64,000 nt of DNA from a virus (lineage: Duplodnaviria; Caudoviricetes): the IMG/VR virus record IMGVR_UViG_2627854090_000004, positions 5,758 through 69,757 of that record. One strand, 5' to 3'. Numbering within the stretch: the stretch's first letter is position 1; each line of letters begins with the position of its first letter. The notes beneath the pieces were generated by a model, which saw only the letters and a program-made list of their open reading frames with translations, was not told the DNA's origin and ran no database searches. Shown piece by piece: positions 1-9,583 of the stretch. The translations under genes and the position numbers were made by a program.

Positions 1-158
1 AATATTAAGTAGCTCAATAAATAGGAATAATATAATTTGAATTTAGTCAAGTCGTATATTTCAAAAACTGTGTATTAACTTTAATCATGTATAAAACAAG
101 TGAAATTAATTCGTTTAGAATATGTTACACGAGATATATAAAGAAAGGAGAAAATGAA

Positions 159-872
159 ATGACTGAACTAATAACATTACCATTATTGTTTGAAATGGGA
201 GAAATGAAATTTTATATTCATCCAGTTGTAATTAAAAACAATGATGATTTAATTTTAATTGACACAGGATATCCTATGTTTTTGCCAGTAATAGAAAAAG
301 CTTTTGAGAAAAAGGGATTGAATATCAGAAATCTTCAACAAGTTATTTTAACTCACCATGACCATGACCATATGGGAGCAGTAAAGGAACTTGTAAAAAA
401 ATATCCTTCTGTAAAGGTGAAGTGTTCCGCAGAGCAAATTCCATATGTTTTAGGAAAAAAGAAATCACTTCGGTTAGAACAAGCAGAAAAATTGGGGGCA
501 GATGCTGGATTTATACAAATGATAAAAAGTGTAGAGCATTTGGATTCTGCTTTAGCAGTAACAGATAATGAAATTATCTGTAATGGAGTCAAAGTTATTG
601 AAACATCAGGGCATATGCCAGGACATATTTCTATTTATATTGAAGCAATGAAAACTTTAATAAGTGGAGACATGTTAGTTTCAGAAGGTGGTGTACTAGG
701 TATCGCTGATGAACAATTTGTGTTAGATAAAGAGGCTGAAATAAATTCACTAAAGAAAATTGTTAATTTGGATATTCAAAAAATTATATGTTTCCATGGA
801 GGAGAGTATAAAAGTAATAATTTAAAAGAAGACTTGAAAAAAATTATTGCAAAGGGGTATAATAAACAATAA
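159..872 (+). CDS. MBL-fold metallo-hydrolase
   Basis: LIDTG, THHDHDH, GHMPGH, SGD and terminal FHG motifs; start moved to ATG 159 behind AAGGAG. Confidence 0.9.
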   Translation: MTELITLPLLFEMGEMKFYIHPVVIKNNDDLILIDTGYPMFLPVIEKAFEKKGLNIRNLQQVILTHHDHDHMGAVKELVKKYPSVKVKCSAEQIPYVLGKKKSLRLEQAEKLGADAGFIQMIKSVEHLDSALAVTDNEIICNGVKVIETSGHMPGHISIYIEAMKTLISGDMLVSEGGVLGIADEQFVLDKEAEINSLKKIVNLDIQKIICFHGGEYKSNNLKEDLKKIIAKGYNKQ

Positions 873-965
873 ACTCCAATTTACCTAATTGAACAATATT
901 CTTATTAGATGAATTAATGTAAAAATAAAGCCTAGAGCAGTTTTCCCTCTCTAAGCTTTAAACCT

Positions 966-1520
966 CTATTGAACCACTGTACTTCCAGCAGTACTCTGAA
1001 TACTAGCAATAGTCTGTTTCAACTGAGTATTCTCAGCTTGTACTGCAGCCAAATCCTGATTTATCTTAGCAATCTGTGCATTCTTTTCAGCTTCACTTAC
1101 AGGAGCATGTCCAAGGTCATTTACTGCTTCCTGGATAAAATCATCTATAAGCTTTTTCTGATTTTCAGTAGGAGTTACATTGATTTCTTTCAGTGCAGCA
1201 TAAACTGTCTCCTGTGCAGACTTAAATTTTTCTTCATTTGTCTGTAAACTTCCGGCATGGGCTAATTGCTCAGCTGCTTTAACTCCAGCCACTGCTTTTT
1301 GTTCAATCCAGTCTAGAAGTGTTGCTGCAGGCTTTAGACTTGGGATTGTCTTTGCTACCTGGATAAGTGGTTCTGTTGCTTTCAGTACATCTCTTGTTGT
1401 ATCAAGTACTTTTTCAGTGTTAATATTCTTTTTCTTTAAATAAGGTACCAATCCATAGATACCACCAATTACTCCTACTAAAACTCCACCTACTGCTACA
1501 ATATCATTTACATTTATCAT
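966..1520 (-). CDS. LL-H-family holin-like protein (copy 1)
   Basis: N-terminal TM helix plus AV-AAEQ...EK...IQEAV pattern; downstream of endolysin; paralogue of 13815-14387. Confidence 0.6.
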   Translation of the reverse strand: MINVNDIVAVGGVLVGVIGGIYGLVPYLKKKNINTEKVLDTTRDVLKATEPLIQVAKTIPSLKPAATLLDWIEQKAVAGVKAAEQLAHAGSLQTNEEKFKSAQETVYAALKEINVTPTENQKKLIDDFIQEAVNDLGHAPVSEAEKNAQIAKINQDLAAVQAENTQLKQTIASIQSTAGSTVVQ

Positions 1521-1545
1521 TTTTATTACCTCCATAAATTTTTAT

Positions 1546-1809
1546 TTATTTTTCTACAAAATCATAGGTCTTTTCAAATATATCTGGCTTACAAGCATAA
1601 TATTCTCCATCTACACCCTTTATAATATAATCACCTTCAGTGGCTCTCATAGGACCTTCTAGTGTTGGAATTATAAAATATTTCTTTCCATCTTCTTCAA
1701 ATACCTCAATTTTAAAAGGTAAAAACTTCGATAACTTCATCATGCAAGATGTTTCAGCATAAAATACAACAGCTTCAATTACGATGGGCTTCTTTCTGTA
1801 TTTTGCCAT
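1546..1809 (-). CDS. Conserved phage protein (KYRKKP...TLEG...GDYII...CKPDIF type)
   Basis: Recognisable conserved phage motif; start at ATG 1809. Confidence 0.7.
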   Translation of the reverse strand: MAKYRKKPIVIEAVVFYAETSCMMKLSKFLPFKIEVFEEDGKKYFIIPTLEGPMRATEGDYIIKGVDGEYYACKPDIFEKTYDFVEK

Positions 1810-1810
1810 C

Positions 1811-2641
1811 CTATTTACCTCCGTTTTTAATAAAATCAAGTACAGCCTGATTTGTCGCATATCTGTCTTTACCACTAATTAATCTAGTCAAATAGCTTGT
1901 ATATTGTTTTTCATTTCCACCCACTGCGTATACATTCTCCACCTGGCTGAAATCAAACTTTCTACCATTGGAAATGGTAGGACAGTTAAGATAGTCGGCA
2001 AGTATTTCAGCACTATTCTGATCGGGTCCATAATTGTAAACTACTATATTTTTCACTTTCTTCTTTCCTCCCTTTAGAGAATTATAAAAATCCTCTGTCA
2101 TATAATTAAGATCTATATATCCACTTATACCTGATATCTGTCCCTTATCTGTGAACTGCCATATTGAGTGCTTATCCCATAGAGTAAAATTTGGAGCTTT
2201 AACTCCGTAGTGTGCCACCCACAGTGGATATTTGGTTATCTTACTATTTAGGTGTGCTTTTATATGGCTTGGATTACAGTAGATGATTGCTGGTGCTATA
2301 TCGGATATAATATCCAAAAATGCTAGACATGCATCTGTCATATCCCCACTGCACTGTTGTTCAAAGTCTAGGACTACAAAGTCAGGTTTTGCTCCTGATG
2401 CAACTTCTTTAAAAAAGTTGGCTTCACGAATGGCCTTGGCCTTATCCTGAAAGTTAGCAAAATGATATCCTCCTGAAATCAATCCCAGTGCCTTTGTATT
2501 GGCAATATTGTCATTGTAATATTTATCTTTAAAGGTACCACCTTCGGTTGCCTTTGATATAACAAACTGATGTCCTGCATTTTTAAGCAAGTTGATATCA
2601 ACTTTTCCATTAAGATTGCTTATATCTGAACCTTTAATCAT
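1811..2641 (-). CDS. GH25 muramidase endolysin (copy 1)
   Basis: D-I-S, KATEG, YHFA, LDFE, LWVAHY, WQFT, IDLN motifs; C-terminal cell-wall-binding region. Confidence 0.92.
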   Translation of the reverse strand: MIKGSDISNLNGKVDINLLKNAGHQFVISKATEGGTFKDKYYNDNIANTKALGLISGGYHFANFQDKAKAIREANFFKEVASGAKPDFVVLDFEQQCSGDMTDACLAFLDIISDIAPAIIYCNPSHIKAHLNSKITKYPLWVAHYGVKAPNFTLWDKHSIWQFTDKGQISGISGYIDLNYMTEDFYNSLKGGKKKVKNIVVYNYGPDQNSAEILADYLNCPTISNGRKFDFSQVENVYAVGGNEKQYTSYLTRLISGKDRYATNQAVLDFIKNGGK

Positions 2642-2696
2642 ACAAATACCTCCTCGTTTTTATTGTATTTAGATGACTCAAAAACTGACATCTTTC

Positions 2697-3083
2697 TTAT
2701 TTTCTTAATTGTTCTAATGCTTTTAATAATTTTTCTGGTAGTGGAAGCCCACATTTACCGCAGTTCTCTAAAATAGAAATACCCTCATTTGCTATGTAAA
2801 AATAACAAACAAGAGTACGAAAAACCCATAATCCATTGTTTAGAAGTCTATCTAATAATACTGCCACTATAAGCACTATAAGAATAGATGCCTTTTTAGC
2901 AATGCCTTTATATCCAACCTTGGAATTTAATCTATTCTGTACTGCTGCACTCATAAGTCCTGTTAAATAATCAAATCCCATAAAATAAAATAGAACTACT
3001 ATTGGAGTATCCCACCCACCAAAAACATACGTACACACACCTCCTAACCCTGCTATTATAGTATTAAATATATGCTTGTTCAT
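2697..3083 (-). CDS. Phage holin (holin_4_1 / toxin-secretion-lysis type)
   Basis: GGWD, DYLTG, GIAKK, NEGISILEN motifs; upstream of endolysin. Confidence 0.9.
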   Translation of the reverse strand: MNKHIFNTIIAGLGGVCTYVFGGWDTPIVVLFYFMGFDYLTGLMSAAVQNRLNSKVGYKGIAKKASILIVLIVAVLLDRLLNNGLWVFRTLVCYFYIANEGISILENCGKCGLPLPEKLLKALEQLRK

Positions 3084-3156
3084 TCTCAGCCTCCTTAAAT
3101 TTCTGCATTAAAAAAGAGCCTTGGATTTCTCCAAAACTCCGTTTATTACTATTCTA

Positions 3157-3348
3157 CTATGAAATTTTCTTGTGAAATTCATTATAAACCTTTTTAAAAT
3201 CATCGCTAGATTTGTCAACAAATAAACATTTATCAGGTTCATCTTTCATAATTACTGGACCTGATGTAGAATCAAATAAACAATACTTATTTCCTTCATA
3301 ATCCAACTTTTCACATCCACAATGCCAACATTCTTGACTTATTTTCAT
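3157..3348 (-). CDS. Small Cys-rich hypothetical protein
   Basis: ORF with RBS between terminators. Confidence 0.5.
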   Translation of the reverse strand: MKISQECWHCGCEKLDYEGNKYCLFDSTSGPVIMKDEPDKCLFVDKSSDDFKKVYNEFHKKIS

Positions 3349-3470
3349 TCTATCATCTCCAAGTTTTTACTATCTATTATAAATAAAAATCTCTTAAATG
3401 TTAAGAAAAAATCTCAATAAAAATAAAGACCTTGGGACTTAGCCAAGATCATATAATAAAAACACTCTAT

Positions 3471-3698
3471 CTAAACAACTTTTCCTTTATTCTCTTTATA
3501 AATTCTTCTGCAGTCATCCAATTTATCCAATTTATTCAGCGATACAAAATTAATATATGCAAGTAAAAAGCTTATGCCAAACAACAGTACTCCAAGTGAA
3601 CTTGTCACTGAAATTAATTTAGCACCTATATTAGCATGATAGCTAATAAAAGTTCCCAATACACCAAGTATAGTAAAAATTATACCTAAAATCTTCAT
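3471..3698 (-). CDS. Small two-TM membrane protein (moron)
   Basis: Two hydrophobic segments; AGGTG RBS. Confidence 0.55.
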   Translation of the reverse strand: MKILGIIFTILGVLGTFISYHANIGAKLISVTSSLGVLLFGISFLLAYINFVSLNKLDKLDDCRRIYKENKGKVV

Positions 3699-3889
3699 TA
3701 AATATCACCTTCCTCTCAACAAAAAATATAATAATATTATTTTCTAAAATCATAGTACTCACTTACCATCACTTTGTCGACAAGTATTAATCCTTGTATA
3801 AGACTGGGATATTTCATGAAAATATTTACATTGCTAATTTATTTTACTTATCTTCATTTTAAAACAAAATAAAAAGACTATCTCTAGTC

Positions 3890-4330
3890 CTATCTACCCA
3901 TAAATAAATCTATATAATTTTTTAATAACCCTTGTGGCCTTTTCTCTCCAAATAACCTGTATCTCAAATAATCATCTGCGTATACATTTAATGGCACTAA
4001 TAAAAACCATATTACTGCATATGGTATACATATCTGTCCATATAAATTTCCCCAAGTATTAGAATAATCCCAAATATGAAGCTTTAGCCATACATTTAGA
4101 ACCATACCTGAGATAAACTCCAGTATAAGAATTATAACAGTACCGATCAAACATTCCTGACACATCTTCTTATCGTAAAATTTAGGATGTTCATTGAGTC
4201 TCCCTATAAGAAAAGCAGCAATACCTCCAACTACAAGCATAGATATATGTGTCCATCCACGCCATAGTCCTTCCAATACCATATATAAAGAACCCATTAT
4301 AAATACTAGAATCAAATCTTTCTTTAACAT
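3890..4330 (-). CDS. Putative ABC-transporter-permease-like phage membrane protein
   Basis: E..WRG.TH.SM...GG, EF..G..LN, WDYS...NL.GQIC motifs. Confidence 0.75.
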   Translation of the reverse strand: MLKKDLILVFIMGSLYMVLEGLWRGWTHISMLVVGGIAAFLIGRLNEHPKFYDKKMCQECLIGTVIILILEFISGMVLNVWLKLHIWDYSNTWGNLYGQICIPYAVIWFLLVPLNVYADDYLRYRLFGEKRPQGLLKNYIDLFMGR

Positions 4331-4339
4331 AAAAACCCC

Positions 4340-4870
4340 CTATGCTGGAATTACTGTGTCCCATGTAACACCATTTACATCATTTATATTAGTTAAGGTC
4401 TTTACATATGCTTGTAACTGCTCTTTCTTTTTAATATTACTTGTCATAAAAGTTGATAAATCTACTCCAAGAGAAATCATCTGATCTGGTGTAAATGCAT
4501 GACAAACTGGCTCATCAGATGATTTCCAATCTAAAGTATTATCTTGAATAGTTGCTCCACTCTTTATTAAAGATGCTTTAGCAACTAGTCCTTGAATAAA
4601 TCCTATATTATTTCCATCTGTATCAAAATGCCTTACAGTCCCAAGACAATTGGAATCAAATCCTCCTGCTATTACAGCCATGCAAGTGTTTTCCAATTCT
4701 TGCACTTTATTTTGAATTATTATATCCAAGGGTAGCTCAGGACAATCTTCTTCAGTAATTGTCTTGTAATCAGTTGATGTAATCGTATTAGATTTCACAT
4801 AATCAAACACATCATCTTTTGTAGCATTTTGAGTATTATACAGAAACTGTACTTTTTCTAAATTAGTCAT
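4340..4870 (-). CDS. Tail-fibre-associated protein (XkdX-like N-terminus, DUF4376-like C-terminus)
   Basis: IT..DYKTIT N-terminal motif, terminal V.W motif, position after tail fibre. Confidence 0.6.
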   Translation of the reverse strand: MTNLEKVQFLYNTQNATKDDVFDYVKSNTITSTDYKTITEEDCPELPLDIIIQNKVQELENTCMAVIAGGFDSNCLGTVRHFDTDGNNIGFIQGLVAKASLIKSGATIQDNTLDWKSSDEPVCHAFTPDQMISLGVDLSTFMTSNIKKKEQLQAYVKTLTNINDVNGVTWDTVIPA

Positions 4871-4882
4871 TTTTCATTCCTC

Positions 4883-5176
4883 CTATTTTAAAGATTCTTT
4901 TATTAGCTCTGCAACTGTATTTTGCAATTGTTGTAAATCTGCTTGATTCTGCTTCTTAGCAATTTCTAAATTCGTTCTTTCTTGCAGATATTGTTCTTTT
5001 GTAATTTCTTCTACGTCTGTTGGAAGAGTTGTAAATTCTTCATTAGTTGCAACTACAGCATAAGTTGATTTTTGTGGGTATAGTTGACTTTCTGCTATTA
5101 TTTGCTTTAAGTCTATTTTTTTATAGTCAGGTTGATTAAATTGATTATAAAAGTTGTTTATTCTTATATACTTCAT
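4883..5176 (-). CDS. Phage hypothetical protein (tail-fibre region)
   Basis: ORF with RBS in tail-fibre operon. Confidence 0.6.
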   Translation of the reverse strand: MKYIRINNFYNQFNQPDYKKIDLKQIIAESQLYPQKSTYAVVATNEEFTTLPTDVEEITKEQYLQERTNLEIAKKQNQADLQQLQNTVAELIKESLK

Positions 5177-5189
5177 TAAAATCCCTCCA

Positions 5190-6209
5190 TTAGAATATCA
5201 ATACGCTATTTTGAACAGGCTTTTCACCACTTAGGTTATTATTAATGTCTAGCACATCATAATTACCAAAGTTATTTGAAAATAATATTGTATAATTTTT
5301 ATTAATTAATACATTAGTAATAGCTATTATTAAATTTAAATTACTTTTTATAACATTAAAATTTAAATCTGTAATAGTTAGATATTTATTGCCATTATCG
5401 ATAAAAATAATTCGAGAATTTTTTTCATCAATATAGACTATATTTGTGCCAGCTACGATTTGAGTACTTGCTATTATAGAACCATTCTTATCGTATAAAG
5501 CAAAGTTTCGTTTAGGGTTTAAATTAATATCCTGGCTTTCATCAGTAATTATATAGTTATCTGATACAAATAAAACCTTATGAGTATTAGAAAAGGTTAA
5601 TGTAGCTAAAATGTTGCCCATATCATCATATTTGTTTAATACACCTGTAGCAGATGCTAATCCCCATTTTTCTTTTGAAAAAAAACGTGTCATTAAATGT
5701 AAAGCATTAGATTGATTATTGTAGAAATTTCCCAAATCTGTTTTTTCTACAACTTCTCCTATAACTCCATTTATATTTACTCTTTCTTTACATTACCTGA
5801 AGTTAAATTACTTAAATCCATAGTACCTATTAATCCAGTATCCTCGCCATTGCTGAATTGTTTTCCTGCTAGTACGTCTCCAACAACAGCATCACCTCGC
5901 ACTAGCTTTGATAAAAAAACAATCTTGTGATTGATTGTACCATACTGTATAAGCTTTTCCTGATATTAAATTTGGCGCTATAGTCGTATTTGGCTTATAT
6001 AGATTTTTGGCATTTATAGTAGTTGCTGCACCGTTGTTACTAGCACTTGCCATAAATGTTTTAGATATCCCATTAACTAAATTTGGTATAGTTAAGGTTA
6101 TTGCTGTCGCAGTTCCTCCAGCTGTTTCAAATTTGCCTTGCGGATATAAATTATCCCAATCAGTGTTTCCTGTATTTCTTTGTGTCATTTGAAAAAATGT
6201 ATCTGCCAT
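5190..6209 (-). pseudogene. Tail-fibre gene broken by two frameshifts (near 5895 and 5787)
   Basis: FFIKASA continues in another frame as GDAVVGDVLAGKQFSN...GNVRK, then GVNINGVIG...LGNFYNN joins ORF 5190-5735. Confidence 0.75.
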
Positions 6210-6224
6210 TTTGCCACGTCCTTT

Positions 6225-6600
6225 CTATATTATTTTGCACCAGATATCGCCCGATTTGGGGTTAGCAGGTTCAGATTTGCCAATTGTTATTTGGGGTAAA
6301 TTTGCTAAATATGCATCTATATTTTCATTTATTTCTTTTTGATTTGAACCATGTATTACTGTAAAAGCACTTGAGGTAGAAGCAATAGCGTAATCAAAAT
6401 AGGTATTTGAAACTGTTGCAGTGACATTTATTGCATTACCGATAGCTGCATTAACCTGATAATTCCACGCAAAAGCGCCGGCGTTATTAGGTGCTATATA
6501 ATCTCCTTTTTCTCCTGCATTTGCATATCCATATAGAATTTCACCCACATCAGGATCATTGGCAAATAGTCCTAACTCACATATATATTTTCCTTCTGCT
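6225..6600 (-). pseudogene. 5'-truncated tail-fibre/baseplate-attachment gene
   Basis: EGKYICELGLFANDPDVGEILYGYA motif typical of tail-fibre N-termini; genuine start deleted. Confidence 0.65.
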
Positions 6601-6795
6601 AGCAATGCTATCCAATTTTGTCTTATCAACTGAACTTATGAGCCCATTCTGAGACGTTGTGGCGTTTGGTATAGGATCTGCGCCTGTGCTCAAATGTTCA
6701 CTTGAGTGATATGGAAATGAATTAGCGTCTATAATTTCAAAGTATTCAAACATTATATTGTTCCCATCAGGGAGTCCAGAAGGTATTCGCTTTGT
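6600..6795 (-). pseudogene. Internal fragment of another tail-fibre gene
   Basis: Translates as ...HSSEHLSTGADPIPNATTSQNGLISSVDKTKLDSIA, a tail-fibre-type repeat. Confidence 0.65.
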
Positions 6796-6796
6796 C

Positions 6797-7568
6797 TAAT
6801 GTAATAAAAAACTTAAATAAATTGTTAAAACAATTTTTAAACTATGCCGTAGATGAAGGTTACATTATAAAAAATCCTTGCTAGGGTAATAAGATAGTTA
6901 TACCAGAACAAAATATTACTAAAAAAGATGAAATAAAAATATTTACAGACGGAGAAATTTCTCAATTAGAAAAAGTTCTAAGAACTAGTCGATTAAAATG
7001 CTTGATATTAACAGCATTAACTACAGGGTTAAGACAAGGCGAGCTTCTAGCTCTTACATGGGATGATATAGATTTGGATAAAGGTGAGATAAGTGTTAAT
7101 AAATCTATAAAAAGAGTAAACATCATAAAATCTAACGATTCAAAAGAAAATAAAATATTGATTCAACCACCAAAGACTATAAATAGTAATAGAGTTGTTC
7201 CTATTCCATCAGAGTTAATCCCAATTTTAAAACAACATCATTTGAAACAGAAATTAGAAAAAATTAAAGCTGGTGAAGAATATAAAGATAACAATTTTGT
7301 TTTTCCTACCGCACTTGGAAAACCTATAGATGCAAAGAACTTATTTAGAAGTTATAAAAACTTGTTAATAAAAGCAGGTATAGAACATAAAAAATTTCAT
7401 TGTTTAAGGCACACTTATGCCACAAAATTATTTGAAGCTGGAACTCCCCCTAAAACAGTCCAAGCTCTATTAGGGCACAGCAACATAAAAACCACAGCTG
7501 ATATTTATACTCATGTAATGCCAAAACAAAAAATTAACGCTGTTGAAAAGCTAAACAATATTATATAA
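6797..7568 (+). pseudogene. int: Truncated tyrosine integrase
   Basis: Near-identical to 63214-64000; N-terminus missing; TGG to TAG stop at 6882-6884. Confidence 0.9.
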
Positions 7569-7626
7569 ATGCATGTCTTTCTATAGGTATCTAAAACTTG
7601 TGTGGGAAAAATGCGGGAAATTAAAA

Positions 7627-7664
7627 AATACGAGTGTCTTGAAAGCCTTCAAAACACTCGTATT
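7627..7664. terminator. Hairpin between integrase 3' end and tRNA fragment
   Basis: AATACGAGTGT...ACACTCGTATT inverted repeat. Confidence 0.7.
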
Positions 7665-7671
7665 ACTCAAT

Positions 7672-7703
7672 TGGTAGTCCCTAGGAGGATCGAACTCCTG
7701 ATT
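7672..7703 (-). other. att core: tRNA 3'-end fragment (probably tRNA-Glu)
   Basis: Minus strand AATCAGGAGTTCGATCCTCCTAGGGACTACCA = T-arm + acceptor strand + CCA; no 5' half; isotype is inferred. Confidence 0.85.
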
Positions 7704-7980
7704 TGTATTTTGCTAAAGATATTAATAGATATTAATTTACATGCATTGGCACTACTTCGCTTAAAGCAGATATCTCACTATAAAATATAATATCTTTTGG
7801 TATGTATATATAACTTATGTGTTAAAAATGTGTTAAGTGATTTTATTATTTTATAGAGTATTATCAATGTCTAAAAGCAATTTTTATTTTTTATATTGTG
7901 CTAGCTTTTGATACTAAAAACCACTTTATAGAAACTCAATTATTGTAAAATTTATATGCACATTTAATATTTTATTAATT

Positions 7981-8721
7981 TTACTTTCTATCATATTTTT
8001 CAAAATCATCAAATATTTTTTTATGAGTTTTATCTAATAGCAAAGTTTCATCTAACTGTTGTAACAAATCATACTTTCTTATTAGTAGTAAAAATTTTCC
8101 TTCGCTGTATTTATTCATAGAATTATAGAATATTAACAACATTTCATATGTAGAAAGTTGTGCCCTAACTAAAGATGCATAATATTCTTTATCATTTTGA
8201 TTAATAATATTATTCCTATCAATAAATTTTATTATATGATATAAATTTCTAAAATAATGTCCAATATACCTTTGATTTAGTTTATAAAATTTTTCATAAA
8301 CATTGCGAATACTATTTAACTCTTGAATATAATCTTTAATATGTGTATAATTTTTTTTATTTTCTTTATAAAAAGCCTTTAATTGATTATATGCTATCTC
8401 AAAATACTCTCTACCTTTTTTATCATTATAAATAATAGAATTAATTATATCGTTATTAAAAGATAATAAATTAAATAATGTATTTTCAAATCTTTGTATA
8501 TTGACATTTTTATTTTGTTCCTGACTTTCTTCCTTAGTTATTTCTAATTGCTTTAAAGCGTAAATTAATGTACCGACAGTACCTATTGAACCTATCCACG
8601 TAGCTATATCTCCAATATTTGCTTTTGCAGGGTTAAGTAAAAAGTAAATTATTAATATAGCTACTAATAGTTCAACCAAAAGCATCTTTTTATCTTTCAT
8701 TTTTATTGTTTTCATCTCCAT
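7981..8721 (-). CDS. Putative phage abortive-infection protein (putAbiC-like) with N-terminal TM
   Basis: FENTLFNLL, GHYFRNLYHIIKFID, RAQLS..E..LIFYN motifs. Confidence 0.8.
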   Translation of the reverse strand: MEMKTIKMKDKKMLLVELLVAILIIYFLLNPAKANIGDIATWIGSIGTVGTLIYALKQLEITKEESQEQNKNVNIQRFENTLFNLLSFNNDIINSIIYNDKKGREYFEIAYNQLKAFYKENKKNYTHIKDYIQELNSIRNVYEKFYKLNQRYIGHYFRNLYHIIKFIDRNNIINQNDKEYYASLVRAQLSTYEMLLIFYNSMNKYSEGKFLLLIRKYDLLQQLDETLLLDKTHKKIFDDFEKYDRK

Positions 8722-8878
8722 ATAATGATCCTATTAATATTACTGATAATTTTGTAAAAGTAAATTCACTTATTATTTTAATATAAAAGTTAAAACGAAT
8801 TTAAAACAAAAATCTATACTTTTTCTATGAAAATATAAGTTTTTAAAATTACATTTTATTTTATTTTGAATATTTATA

Positions 8879-9514
8879 TTATTTAATAAAATCACTAATA
8901 TGATGAACTAATGGTTGAATATAAGGCTCAAGCCATTCCCAACTTTGATGAATAGTATTAACCAATGTTAATACTACTTGTACATTTTTAGCTTTGTCCA
9001 CTATACCTTTTTTCTTAATTTTATTATTTGCTTCTTCTATACTATCGGAAGAAACGCTAGTATTTTCTAGAATAATATCTTTTAATGATGTTGGAGTATT
9101 GAGTGTTGAGTCATAATTACCAGTTGAAATTTGATTACAATTTAACTTTTCTTGTACTTGTAAGCAAACATTCTTTTTTTTTATATATTCTCTATAGTTA
9201 TCATTAATATAATAAATAGGAAATATATTTTCTAAACCAATTACAAATTCAGTTACTGAATCGCAATCTTCACACTCAATATTTTTTCCTAAATAGTCCT
9301 CATAAGAATCAACTATATCCATAATATCAAAATTATCACATCTTATTTCAAATTTTAATTTCAAATATCCCATATTAACTAGTTTATTTAATCTATTTAT
9401 CACTAATTTAATCGGAAATTTCAGCATCTTACAAATTGCTATAGGATAAAAACTTTTAACATTTTTATTTGATGCTAGTTTCTCAATATAACTATCTATT
9501 TCAAATTCATTCAT
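8879..9514 (-). CDS. Hypothetical protein, wHTH-like plus Zn-ribbon-like N-terminal half
   Basis: FYP..I......V..RL..LV..G.L pattern followed by RC...CEDC. Confidence 0.6.
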   Translation of the reverse strand: MNEFEIDSYIEKLASNKNVKSFYPIAICKMLKFPIKLVINRLNKLVNMGYLKLKFEIRCDNFDIMDIVDSYEDYLGKNIECEDCDSVTEFVIGLENIFPIYYINDNYREYIKKKNVCLQVQEKLNCNQISTGNYDSTLNTPTSLKDIILENTSVSSDSIEEANNKIKKKGIVDKAKNVQVVLTLVNTIHQSWEWLEPYIQPLVHHISDFIK

Positions 9515-9583
9515 ATGTTAAAATCCCTCCTCCTAAATTATCATAATAAATATTTTAACAAGCTACTTTAGATGGTAAATTAA

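Larger units (their letters stand above)
966..7568. mobile_element. Decayed prophage remnant (lysis module, broken tail-fibre genes, truncated integrase)
   Basis: Holins/endolysin, frameshifted tail genes fused directly to an integrase fragment; head and replication genes absent. Confidence 0.85.

Noticed and set aside
873-965. Outer att site of the remnant prophage
   Set aside because: No copy of the tRNA core here, only a terminator-like hairpin; the remnant boundary may lie left of the window
6600-6796. Higher-GC junction as an IS remnant or engineered scar
   Set aside because: It translates cleanly as a tail-fibre fragment on the minus strand and has no terminal inverted repeats
7672-7703. 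Intact tRNA gene
   Set aside because: Only the T-arm and acceptor 3' strand are present; adjacent sequence does not form D or anticodon arms
7602-7790. 62-aa ORF across the att site
   Set aside because: Spans arm repeats, hairpin and tRNA fragment; most likely fortuitous
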